A stretch of 64,000 nucleotides of DNA. Source: Macrostomum lignano (Eukaryota). Positions 36,816-49,200 of this stretch are shown piece after piece. Each line of letters opens with the position of its first letter. Position 1 is the stretch's first letter. The translations under genes were made by a program, and so were the position numbers. The notes beneath the pieces are model-generated. The model did not search any database, had not been told where the DNA came from, and saw nothing but the letters and a program-made list of their open reading frames with translations. The DNA is taken from positions 1 to 64,000 of the forward strand of contig NIVC01002485.1 in NCBI GenBank assembly GCA_002269645.1. The letters are read 5' to 3'.

Positions 36816-38075
36816 TACAGGCGACTCTCGTGCTCCCCTCTCTCCTTACAAGCCGAAGCTATAAAGACTTGTGACGCAAATTGCATTACCAACAGTTTAG
36901 AGGTGACGCGGGTTGTGAATTTTGCGTCACTTGGGGGGGGGGGGCTGGAGATCTGGGAAACGTTGATTACTGGCAGTGATTTCTGGATGAAAAAAATTAA
37001 CATTTTTCTGACTGTACGGACAATCTAAGATCTTAACATAAGTCTATTATTTACGAATCAAATGAAATTAAAAGTTATAACCAGAACATACTTCAGGTTC
37101 GTTAAAACTTCCAAGAAGCCAAAGTCAAAGAGCCACGAGATCAACACAAATCAGCTGATTTCCGCCTTGCCTTTTGCTATGTAGGCTCTTTGCTATCTTT
37201 GCTATGTATTGCTACTATATGTTATAGCAATCAGCCACCTTTTATGATTTCCGTACAGGACAAAACACTTTCTATGTTATTTAGAATTTCGAATCACTAA
37301 GTACTTAATAGCTACATAGGCCTAGTGCAGCAAGCCTCGATTAAACTGGTTGATTCGCGTATAAAAATGTAGGAATAGTGCTAGGCTACGTGAATGCATC
37401 ATGCGTATTGTGCATATAGGCCGACAATGTTCGTGTGATAAAACTGGATCCAGCCAGTTTGGAAAGTGCCTAATGCTACAAGTTCCTAGGTAGTATCCTA
37501 GGCCCCTAAACTTAAAATAAGGCACCAGGCAGAAGTACGAGTAGGCCTATTTTAATTCAAAGCCTCAAGAAGCTTAGCTAATCAAAAATAGTTAATCCAA
37601 TTAGCAAATCCAATTAATAAAGACTAGACAAGACAAGACTAGTCTGTCTGACAGACAAGTAGCCTGGGCCTAAGGCCTAGGCCATATATACATAGACATT
37701 TTAAGCCATAGCATAGGCCATCTATGTTGGAATTAGGCCTATAGCTATAACTAGGCATAATAGACTCCTAAATTGACCTAGGCTAATTAATCCCTAGTCA
37801 ATAGGCCTATAATCTGTATTATATCAATTTGTCTTTTTATTTCTATACCTATGTGCCTATTGATATTGTCTTTCTATACAGTAGCTAGGCCCCTATAGAA
37901 ACTATCAAATACCCCTGATACTTATAACCCTATAGAAATAAAATGAAGATCTTATTAAAATTGCTATTAATTTATATATATAAAGTTTAAGAAGTCCCTA
38001 TTCTAGGGATAGCTAGCACATGACTAAGACTGCCATACACTAAGACTACCACAGCTATTACTGGTTACTAGTATT

Positions 38076-39326
38076 CAGTGTTGGGCACTTCCGTTACCGA
38101 GTAACTTGCAAATGGTAACGCAAGTTACTTTTTCGTAAAGCGTTCCTTACGCAAGTTACTTTTTTATTTTAGTAACGGAGTAACGGTAAGTTACTCAAAT
38201 TTCAGAAGTCCGTTACAGTTACTTTGCAACAATCGCAATATTTAAATTTAAAACAGAAATGCTTAGCTATTACGCCGGTTGTCACATGTTTTTGCATTTT
38301 TCATTCCTAAATTCAAAATTAAGTGAATAGTATCATTTGGTATTGCGCTTTAATTAATGAAGAAATACTTGAAACATGTTTTGCTTTGTTATAATTTCAG
38401 TAAAATATTTTTGCCTTTCATTTACGTATGAAACATTCGCCGACACTTGTTCAGACGCTTCTACAGACACTTTAGTTTCTGTCGTACGAATCGTAGGAAC
38501 AAGCATTAAATTTGTTTATTCCTTACAAACTACCAGTAAACTGCTTTATTTTAAGCTTTTTTTGCTTTATTTTATTAAATATGAATTAGGAAGTGTCCTG
38601 GACAAATTTAACATTCTTCTTCACGTGAAGAGAATCTATGCAGAGTAACAAATTTCATGATTCAGATTTAATAAAATAAAGCAAAAAAAGCTTAAAATAA
38701 AGCAGTTTACTGGTAGTTTGTAAGGAATAAACAAATTTAATGCTTGTTCCTACGATTCGTATGACAGAAACTGAAGTGTCTGTAGAAGTGTCTGAGTGGG
38801 TGTCGGCGAATGTTTCATACGTTTCCATTTTCAAGTTACTAAAAATTTTCAAGTTTGATTCAAACAAACAACCAAAGAAAGAAATTCATCTGTAGCCTCC
38901 ACAAGTCCCTCCGCTGGCACTGCAGTACACTACACCATTTTATACAGTTATTTATTTTACTCTATTGAATTATTGATATTCGTTTATTTTATCATTTATA
39001 ATTTTAATTATTGATTGCCATTGCCCATCGGTCCTTCTACTTGCCTCACATCGTGTCGCCAATTGCTGTCTCTGTCTGTTAATCGGTTAATCCCAATGCC
39101 CAATGGCAAATTTCGGTAAAAACAGTGTGAAAAAATGTGCAATGTAAAAAAAAACAGAAAATTTTGTTAATAACATGGGTAACGGAAGTGAGTAACGGAC
39201 AGTAACTTAAAAGTTACCGGGGTTTTTGTCTAAAGTTACTAGGCTAACGTAAGTTACTTTTTAAAAATTGGTAACTTAAGTTACAGTAACGCAAGTTACT
39301 TTTTTTGAGTAACTTGCCCAACACTG
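38076..39326. mobile_element. Non-autonomous hAT element, 1251 bp
   Basis: TIR CAGTGTTGGGCA / TGCCCAACACTG; 8-bp TSD CTAGTATT at 38068-38075 and 39327-39334; GTAAC/GTTAC subterminal repeats at both ends. Confidence 0.92.
38424..38822. repeat. Long inverted repeat (~163-bp arms, ~73-bp spacer) inside the hAT element
   Basis: Arms 38424-38586 and 38660-38822; ORFs 38376(+) and 38655(-) give near-identical peptides. Confidence 0.92.
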
Positions 39327-40239
39327 CTAGTATTAAGGAGGAGCTACTAATCTTCTAGCATTGCTATTCCTCTCATAGGTTCTTCTCTTGTAGCCTTGTC
39401 CTACTAGCTCTCCTATCTACTCATCTCTTCTCTAGCACAATCCAATAACACATTGAGCCAAATTCTTCCCTGTCTTCCCCAAGTATAGTGGTCTTGGTAT
39501 GTGGTAGTCTTGGTCTTACACCAGATAGCCTAGGCTTAGTCCCTATCTTATTCTTAGCCTAAGGCTTAAGTTTAATATACTAAACCTAGGCTATAATATG
39601 TAATTAAAAAATCATATTATTGTCAATTGATATGCTATATAACTAATGTCTATATATGTTTTATTGCTTTTATAGCTTTATAAGGCCCTATAAAACTTGG
39701 GATTAAATGAGTAAATAAAAATGATATGATCTAATAGTCTATAGTTTTTTAAATCTAATATAGGCTTAAAGGTTTTTTAGCTAGGCTTAAAGTAAATAAT
39801 ATAAATAAATTGGTTAGACCTAGGCCTAATTGTAATAAATATTAGTTTTCAAGTATAAATTAGACCTATTATAATTAAATCAACAAAATATTAATGCCTA
39901 TGCAGGCTCCTAAATATGCTATTTATATTAGACCTACAAGTTTATTAAACAACAATATTAGAAAAAAAATTTCCATTATTATGATTTTATTATCACAATA
40001 TACTAAATCTTAATACTCTAAGCCTAATCTAGTTTTTCCTAAATACTGTATAATGATACAGTAAATAAGTTTCTTATTTTGGATTAGAGTATAAATTCAA
40101 AGAGAAGTTTTAATTATAAATGCTAAAGATTATATACTAGTATGTCTATTCAATTTTAGTTCCATTACTAATCTATAATTAACCTCTTAAGCACTTCTCT
40201 TACTGGTTTTTTGTTTCAGATTTGAACTCTAATACTAAG

Positions 40240-43200
40240 ATGGACCCAATTCTCGACTCTATAAAGCTTGTCTTAGAGGATGCTAGAAGCTTCACTAATG
40301 CATCATTTGCTGGAATGGATGCTGCTTCAGTGTGTCTTATAACTTTTGGGGCCACAGTTTTACTTTGCAGCATCATTAACTTTCTCTGTGACCCTGAGTA
40401 TAGTGAGTTTATTACAAAATTTCTTTTGTTACTTGTTTTAAAATACTAGCTGCTGAGTGTCACCTGGAATTCTATAAGTAGCTGCTGAGTGTCACCTGAG
40501 ATTCTATAAGTAGCTGCTGAGTGTCACCTGGGATTCTATAAGTAGCTGCTGAGTGTCACCTGAGATTCTATAAGTAGCTGCTGAGTGTCACCTGGGATTC
40601 TATAAGTAGCTGCTGAGTGTCACCTGAGATTCTAAAAGTAGCTGCTGAGTGTCACTTGGGATTCTATAAGTAGCTGCTGAGTGTCACCTGGGATTCTATA
40701 AGTAGCTGCTGAGTGTCACCTGGGATTCTATAAGTAGCTGCTGAGTGTCACCTGGGATTCTATAAGTAGCTGCTGAGTGTCACCTGGGATTCTATAAGTA
40801 GCTGCTGAGTGTCACCTGGGATTCTATAAGTAGCTGCTGAGTGTCACCTGGGATTCTATAAGTAGCTGCTGAGTGTCACTTGGGATTCTATAAGTAGCTG
40901 CTGAGTGTCACCTGGGATTCTATAAGTAAGTAGCTGCGGAGTGTCACCTGGGATTCTATAAGTAGCTGCTGAGTGTCACCTGGGATTCTATAAGTAGCTG
41001 CTGAGTGTCACCTGGGATTCTATAAGTAGCTGCTGAGTGTCACCTGGGATTCTATAAGTAGCTGCTGAGTGTCACCTGGGATTCTATAAGTAGCTGCTGA
41101 GTGTCACCTGGGATTCTATAAGTAGCTGCTGAGTGTCACCTGGGATTCTATAAGTAGCTGCTGAGTGTCACCTGGGATTCTATAAGTAGCTGCTGAGTGT
41201 CACCTGAGATTCTAAAAGTAGCTGCTGAGTGTCACTTGGGATTCTATAAGTAGCTGCTGAGTGTCACCTGGGATTCTATAAGTAAGTAGCTGCGGAGTGT
41301 CACCTGGGATTCTATAAGTAGCTGCTGAGTGTCACCTGGGATTCTATAAGTAGCTGCTGAGTGTCACCTGGGATTCTATAAGTAGCTGCTGAGTGTCACC
41401 TGGGATTCTATAAGTAGCTGCTGAGTGTCACCTGGGATTCTATAAGTAGCTGCTGAGTGTCACTTGGGATTCTATAAGTAGCTGCTGAGTGTCACCTGGG
41501 ATTCTATAAGTAGCTGCTGAGTGTCACTTGGGATTCTATAAGTAAGTAGCTGCTGAGTGTCACCTGGGATTCTATAAGTAGCTGCTGAGTGTCACCTGGG
41601 ATTCAATTCATAATTCATCTATCAATTAATAATTTTTATCAACCGCCCACGCAGCTTTGTTGGAGCGAATGCGGACGTCCTTCTTTAAATTCGTGAAATC
41701 GCTGCCGCCGGTGAAAAAGCAGATACAGGCAAAGAAGCGCGAGTCGGTTGTAGAGGTAAAGAAGGCATTCGAAGCTGGCCACTCGAGTTCTAAGCATCCG
41801 GTGTTCAAGGAGCTACCAAAGAAGTCTATGACTCCAGTAAGTCAGTACTCGTCAGATAGGAAAAATTTTGATGATTTAATTCATATATAGATAATCCCTG
41901 TGTGCCAATTCTAATCTCCACAGGCGGAGGTCATGGCTGTGGCTGCCGACTACAAAGCTGCCTCGGTGAATTGGACCAACGGCTCCGTCTCTGGCACCGT
42001 CTATCACGGCGGCGAGGAGCTCACCGATTTGAACGCAAAGGTGAGGCAGCTGCTAGGTCTAGAATTTGTGTTACTAACTTAGTGTTTGGGTTCTGTCTAT
42101 CTATAAGCAGTTTATGAAATTCTACTCTGTAAACAATCGCCCAGGTATATAAAGAGTTCGCCTGGACCAATCCGCTCCATCCGGAAGTATTTAACGATGT
42201 GCGCCGCATGGAGGCCGAGGTGGTCAGCATGACTTGTCAACTGTTCAACGGCGACGAGGAGGCTTGCGGATGCGTGAGTGAAAGCTCCGTTTGATTTATT
42301 CAAGTCTCTAGACCCACCTAGTGAGTCACCTGTGATTGGACAGCGGCTCATCGCTGATGGGATGGGGTAGAGCTAGGTCTATTGATTTTTTGCCCAGCCA
42401 GAACCTATGATTGGACAGCGGCTCATGGGATGGGGTAGAAGTTTATTGATTATTTGGCCAGCCAGAACCTATGATTGGACAGCGGCTCCTGGGATGGGGT
42501 AGAAGTTTATTGATTATTTGGCCAGCCAGAACCTATGATTGGACAGCGGCTCATGGGATGGGGTAGAAGTTTATTGATTATTTGGCCAGCCAGAACCTAT
42601 GATTGGACAGCGGCTCATGGGATGGGGTAGAAGTTTATTGATTATTTGGCCAGCCAGAACCTATGATTGGACAGCGGCTCATGGGATGGGGTAGAAGTTT
42701 ATTGATTATTGGGCCAGTCTGACCTGTGATTAAACTAAGGCTGAGTTATGGGGTAGATTTTTGTTGGTCGTTATTTTATGTTTTATGCGTTATTTTATGT
42801 TGTCATCAAAGTCGTTATAGCGCAATGAACAGCATGCACTGTTTTCTATATTTGTGCTGGCGCAAACCGCTTTAACCTTAAATGAAAATTTCACCCAGTG
42901 CAGGCAAGCGCTTTAGTCAATAATGTCATTACAGTAAACTGGACAGAGGCAGACCGCACTAAAACGCAACTAATTTGGTTCGTCCTGCGTCACTGGGCCC
43001 GAAATTTTCTTAGTAGGTTTCGGGCAAACTCTGCTTGCGTTTGTCTGTCTTTGTCAATTTTATCTGATTAGAAGCCTGAAGCCTGTGGCATGCTCTTCTT
43101 AGTCCTTACAGTCCTTATCTTTCTGTGTCTTTCTGCGCTCGATGAAAGTTTCACTTTCTCAACTGAAACACTTCACACATTTTCTACCGAATTTCCCGGC

Positions 43201-46200
43201 AAAAATGGAAGCTCCAATGATAAATTTTAATTCTTTTTCATGCGTAACTACTCACTCACATCTGAGTAGTAAGTCGGGACTGTCACTGTAACTTGTTTTT
43301 AGTATGTGAGCTGGGTGTCTTTAGTATGGCAGCTGGGTGTCTTTGGTATGGGAGTTGGGTGTCTTTAGTATGGCAGCTGGGTGTCTTTGGTATGGGAGTT
43401 GGGTTTCTTTAGTATGGGAGTTGGGTGTCTTTAGTATGGGAGTTGGGTGTCTTTAGTATGGCAGCTGGGTGTCTTTAGTATGGCATCTGGGTGTCTTTAG
43501 TATGAGAGCTGGGTGTCTTTAGTATGGGAATTGGGTGTCTTTAGTATGGCATCTGGGTGTCTTTAGTATGGCATCTGGGTGTCTTTAGTATGGGAGTTGG
43601 GTGTCGTTAGTATGGCAGCTGGGTGTCTTTAGTATGGCAGCTGGGTGTCTTTAGCATGGGAATTTGGTGTCTTTAGTATGGCATCTGGGTGTCTTTAGTA
43701 TGGGAGTTGGGTGTCTTTAGTATGGCAGCTGGGTGTCTTTAGTATGGCAGCTGGGTGTCTTTAGTATGGCAGCTGGGTGTCTTTAGTATGGGAGTTGGGT
43801 GCCTTTAGTATGGGAATTGGGTGTCTTTAGTATGGCATCTGGGTGTCTTTAGTATGGGAATTGGGTGTCTTTAGTATGGGAATTGGGTGTCGTTAGTATG
43901 GGAGTTGGGTGTCGTTAGTATGGGAGTTGGGTGTCGTTAGTATGGGAGTTGGGTGTCTTTAGTATGGGAGTTGGGTGTCGTTAGTATGGGAGTTGGGTGT
44001 CTTTAGTATGGCATCTGGGTGTCTTTAGTATGGGAGTTGGGTGTCGTTATTATGGGAGTTGGGTGTCTTTAGTATGGGAGTTGGGTGTCTTTAGTATGGC
44101 AGCTGAGTGTCTTTAGTATGGCAGCTGGGTGTCTTTAGTATGGGAGTTGGGTGTCTTTAGTATGGGAGTTAGGTGTCTTTAGTATGGGAGTTGGGTGTCT
44201 TTAGTATGGCAGCTGAGTGTCTTTAGTATGGCAGCTGGGTGTCTTTAGTATGGGAGTTGGGTGTCGTTAGTATGGGAGTTGGGTGTCTTTAGTATGGGAG
44301 TTGGGTGTCTTTAGCATGGGAGTTGGGTGTCTTTAGTATGGGAATTGGGTGTCTTTAGTTTGAGAGCTGGGTGTCTTTAGTATGAGAGCTGGGTGTCTTT
44401 ATATGCAGAAGGGTGTCTTTATTTAGAATAAGATCTAGACTAGCTTACATTTGGCTCATACTTAAGATTTTCGGCACAAAAATTATAGTCTTGAGGATCT
44501 CACAGAAAGCAGATTAAAACTAATAAATTAGATAATAAAAGGCACACTCGATTGATCAAGTTAGTCAAAGATCGCAGCCCAGAACCCCCCCCCCCCACGC
44601 GATTCGACTGCAAGCGTGACGGTTGACTTCCGTTAAATTTCAAGCAGATTTTTCTGAGCGGCACTTCACACTTTCTAGTGGCATCAAATGTTAATAGTTT
44701 CCAGAGAATTTCACTTTGCGTGATCCGTGAAACGCGGATTAATCATTGTTTGGCACGTTCAGATTATGAACTTTAATACGACAGCCAAATTATTTGTCAT
44801 GCCATTCCTAAATAATTTTTTCAGACAACCTCAGGAGGCACCGAGAGCATCCTGATGGCTTGTCTCGCTTACCGAAACCTGGCTTTCGACAAGGGCATTC
44901 GTTATCCGCAAATGTGAGCTCGAACATACAGAGGCAATTTATTTTAATTTATTATTTTATGGAATAAACAGTGCTTTAGTCTGTAGCTTTTTTTTCAGAG
45001 TTGCCCTGGTATTTGAATCAGCAAATTTCCACCTAAATCCCCCTAGAGCTCTATGAAAATTACTTATGAAAGTCCATGAAATAGGGTTGTCCAGCGTAAT
45101 GTAGGACTGATGCTGATGTAAATAAAATTTTAATGCTTCGCTCGGACAACCCACGCGCGAGAATCGCCCATAGAACCCATGAGAATGCCCATAAAACCCA
45201 TGAGAATGCCCATAGAACCCATGAGAATGCCCATAGAACCCGCGAGAATCGCCCATAGAACCCATGAGAATCGCCCATGAGAATGCCCATAGAACCCATG
45301 AGAATGCCCATAGAACCCATGAGAATCGCCCATAGAACCCATGAGAATAGCTAATCGAATCACCCATAGAACCATGAGAATAGCTAATCGAATCACCCAT
45401 AGAAACCCATGAGAATAGCTAATCGAATCGCCCATAGAACCCATGAGAATCGCCCATAGAACCCATGAGAATCGCCCATAGAACCCATGAGAATGCCCAT
45501 AGAACCCATGAGAATGCCCATAGAACCCATGAGAATCGCCCATAGAACCAATGAGAATCGCCCATAGAACCCATGAGAATGACCATAGAACCCATGAGAA
45601 TGCCCATAGAACCCATGAGAATACCCATAGAACCCATGAGAATGCCCATAGAACCCATGAGAATCGCCCATAGAACCCATGAGAATGCCCATAGAACCCA
45701 TGAGAATGCCCATAGAACCCATGAGAATGCCCATAGAACGCATGAGAATGCCCATAGAACCCATGAGAATGCCCATAGAACCCATGAGAATCGCCCATAG
45801 AACCCATGAGAATGCCCATAGAACCCATGAGAATGCCCATAGAAACCCATGAGAATCGCCCATAGAACCCATGAGAATAGCTAATCGAATCACCCATAGA
45901 ACCCATGAGAATAGCTAATCGAATCACCCATAGAAACCCATGAGAATAGCTAATCGAATCACCCATAGAACCCATGAGAATAGCTAATCGAATCACCCAT
46001 AGAAACCCATGAGAATAGCTAATCGAATCACCCATAGAACCGCATGAGATTAGCCAATAGAACCCATTTAAGTTTATTTTTAAATTTAGATAATTGAACG
46101 CCTATTTCTTGTAGCATTTAACCCCAGAAACCAACCCAGCTACTCCAATCCAGAAATTTAGAAACTCCAGATGGATCATATTAAAACTTTTCTAGAGAAC

Positions 46201-49200
46201 TTTCTTGAGTTTTCATTCACCCAGTTGGAACCTGAACCCGAAAAGAGCTCAGGATCTGCTTTAACTTTTTATAATGCAGACTTGAGCAACTAAGACTTGC
46301 TGAATAATAGCTCGGTCGCTACAATCCTAGTTTGAGTAAGGCTTCGAATAGTGCTTGCTTGAGCAGCTGGCTGCAGCTGCTGAGGCTGCTACTGTAGTTT
46401 AGATAGAAATTATGAGTTGAAAAAATAAAGTTTCGGTTTCATCTGCCTCTCACCTTTCGCAACTTTCTTTCATTTTTTTCTCTCGTTTGCGGCACGCAAT
46501 TTGCGGATCTTTTTTGGCCTTAAACTGGGGCCAGTGTTTATAATCCTTGCTCTAGGCCTTTCAAAATACGAGTATACGAGTACCCCCATATTTTCTGAGT
46601 CTCTTTCTCGCTTATTTAGGGAGTAGTAAAGCCAAAGACTTAATTATTCACCATGTCGACGTTTCCTACAACTATAGAAGTTTGTCCCACACTCACTGAA
46701 CCTGCCTCAGTCCCACACTCACTGAACCTGCCTCTGTCCCACACTCACTGAACCTGCCTCTGTCCCACACTCACTGAACCTGCCTCTGTCCCACACCCAC
46801 TGAACCTGCCTCTGTCCCACACTCACTGAACCTGCCTCTGTCCCACACCCACTGAACCTGCCTCTGTCCCACACTCACTGAACCTGCCTCTGTCCCACAC
46901 CCACTGAACCAGTTCTTACACTTTTCCTGCCCTCTCTTTCCTCTCGCTTGATTCTTGAATCTGCTTCTCTGCCGTTAGTCCAAGCCAGGGAAATGTTCAA
47001 ACAGTGTGCTGAAATACTTAAGTTTATCATTTGTAATTAAATGGCGATGACTGCTCAGGGCCTCCTTATCCATGTTTGGTGCTAATATCCTGAATGAAAC
47101 CGAAACTCCACCCCTCTCTGTCAAATGATGATTCGTTTTTTTAAGAATTGCAGCAGAAAGCTTCAAATTTCAATCCGTACTTGTGTGTACACTAGACTGT
47201 GTGCTCATCCATTATGCATTGCAGTGCCAAGGTTGACAGTCTAATTAGATAAGCGCTTGAGGGGAGTTCAAATATAATTTTTTTCTCTTCAAGTCTTTCG
47301 ATCGGCCCCCTTTTTGGGCGTCTGCCGGCTTACTGAGGGCTGTTGACTCTGTCTGTTTGCATTTCTAAATTATAATCATGTACTACTGACTATACTGGAA
47401 TAGGCCCTACTGTTCTGTAGTTTTGATAAAGTCTCTCTTTATCCTTCTGTTTAGGTCTAAATATCTAGTTTTAATTCTCACTTGTTGCTTATGCATTGCA
47501 GGATTGTGTCCACCACAGCTCATGCCGCGTTTGATAAGGTGAATATTTTGCATGCACCCTTTGATTTGATTTACCCTTGATTTTATTGATAACTCCCCCC
47601 GGTTAGCCAAGGGCACTAATAAGGTGACGAGGCAATAATGTATGCCGCCTTTTACCTATGCAGCCTAGCTCACCTATCAAACTTGTGTTTTTCATTTCAT
47701 AAACTCGCTGCTCAGGCCGCTCACTACCTGAGGATTCGAATTGTTCACGTGCCATCTAAGCCGGATGGCCGAGTGGACGTTGCGGCTATGCGATCAGCTA
47801 TTAATAAGAACACCTGCATGGTAATGGATGGCAGCATGTGTAATGTACTGTGCTGAATTTAATGGTAACTGACATAAATTATTAGTGGTATTACTCATTT
47901 CAGCTTGTCGGCAGCACGCCATCCTATTCTCATGGAATTATTGATCCCATTGGAGAAATAGCAAAGGTGAGCTATGCTTGCTGGGAGCGCTGACGGTTGA
48001 TATTTGGGGGGGGGCGCCACTGTTAATGCTGGCAGCGCTACTGTGAATGCTGGTAGGGCCACTGTGAATGCTGGTAGCGCGCCACTGTGAATGCTGGTAG
48101 CGCGCCACTGTGAATGCTGGTAGCGCGCCACTGTGAATGCTGGTAGCGCGCCACTGTGAATACTGGTAGCGCGCCACTGTGAATACTGGTAGCGTGCCAC
48201 TGTGAATGCTGGTAGCGCCACTGTGAATGCTGTTAGCGCCACTGTGAATGCTGGTAGCGCGCCACTGTGAATGCTGGTAGCGCGCCACTGTGAATACTGG
48301 TAGCGCGCCACTGTGAATACTGGTAGCGTGCCACTGTGAATGCTGGTAGGGCCACTGTGAATGCTGGTAGCGCGCCACTGTGAATGCTGGTAGCGCGCCA
48401 CTGTGAATGCTGGTAGCGCGCCACTGTGAATGCTGGTAGCGCGCCACTGTGAATGCTGGTAGCGCGCCACTGTGAATGCTGGTAGCGCGCCACTGTGAAT
48501 GCTGGTAGCGCGCCACTGTGAATGCTGGTAGCGCGCCACTGTGAATGCTGGTAGCGCGCCACTGTGAATGCTGGTAGCGCGCCACTGTGAATGCTGGTAG
48601 CGCCACTGTGAATGCTGGTAGCGCCACTGTGAATGCTGGTAGCGCCACTGTGGTATCTGGGGCACCATTTTCAATGCTGTGTAAGCGCCGGCTTTTGGTA
48701 TTTGGGTGCGCGAACTATTTTATAACGAAACTCTGTGACAACACATAGTCAGACCCTGAGCCCTGGCAAACTGTTTACTTTCTCTGCTGCTCTCGTTAGT
48801 ATCAGAGAAATTATTTAATTTAAACACTTGCAAGTATCTGCGTTGTTGAGTCTTGTTGACAGAGATTGGCCCCGGTGGCTGCAGCAGGATGTGCATACAG
48901 CTCTTATAGGCAGCTCTAGGGGAATATTTCGTGTTGCTTGAGTTCAATTCAAATATTAAAAAAACGATTTTGCTCTTGGTGGGCGCGGCCATTCCGCTGC
49001 AAGTACGGGATGTTGACTGGATGGGGCGGCATGTCGGCCATAGTGGCACCCGATGTCTAAGAAACGCTCCAGAGCAAGCCTCCTAAAAGCAAGACAATGG
49101 CTTTTTAAACTGAAGAAAAGATTTAAAAAGAAAAAGTAAAATTTATTTTAAACAAGTAATGTCACTTTTTTAGCCTAATAATAAAATACAATGTATAAGT

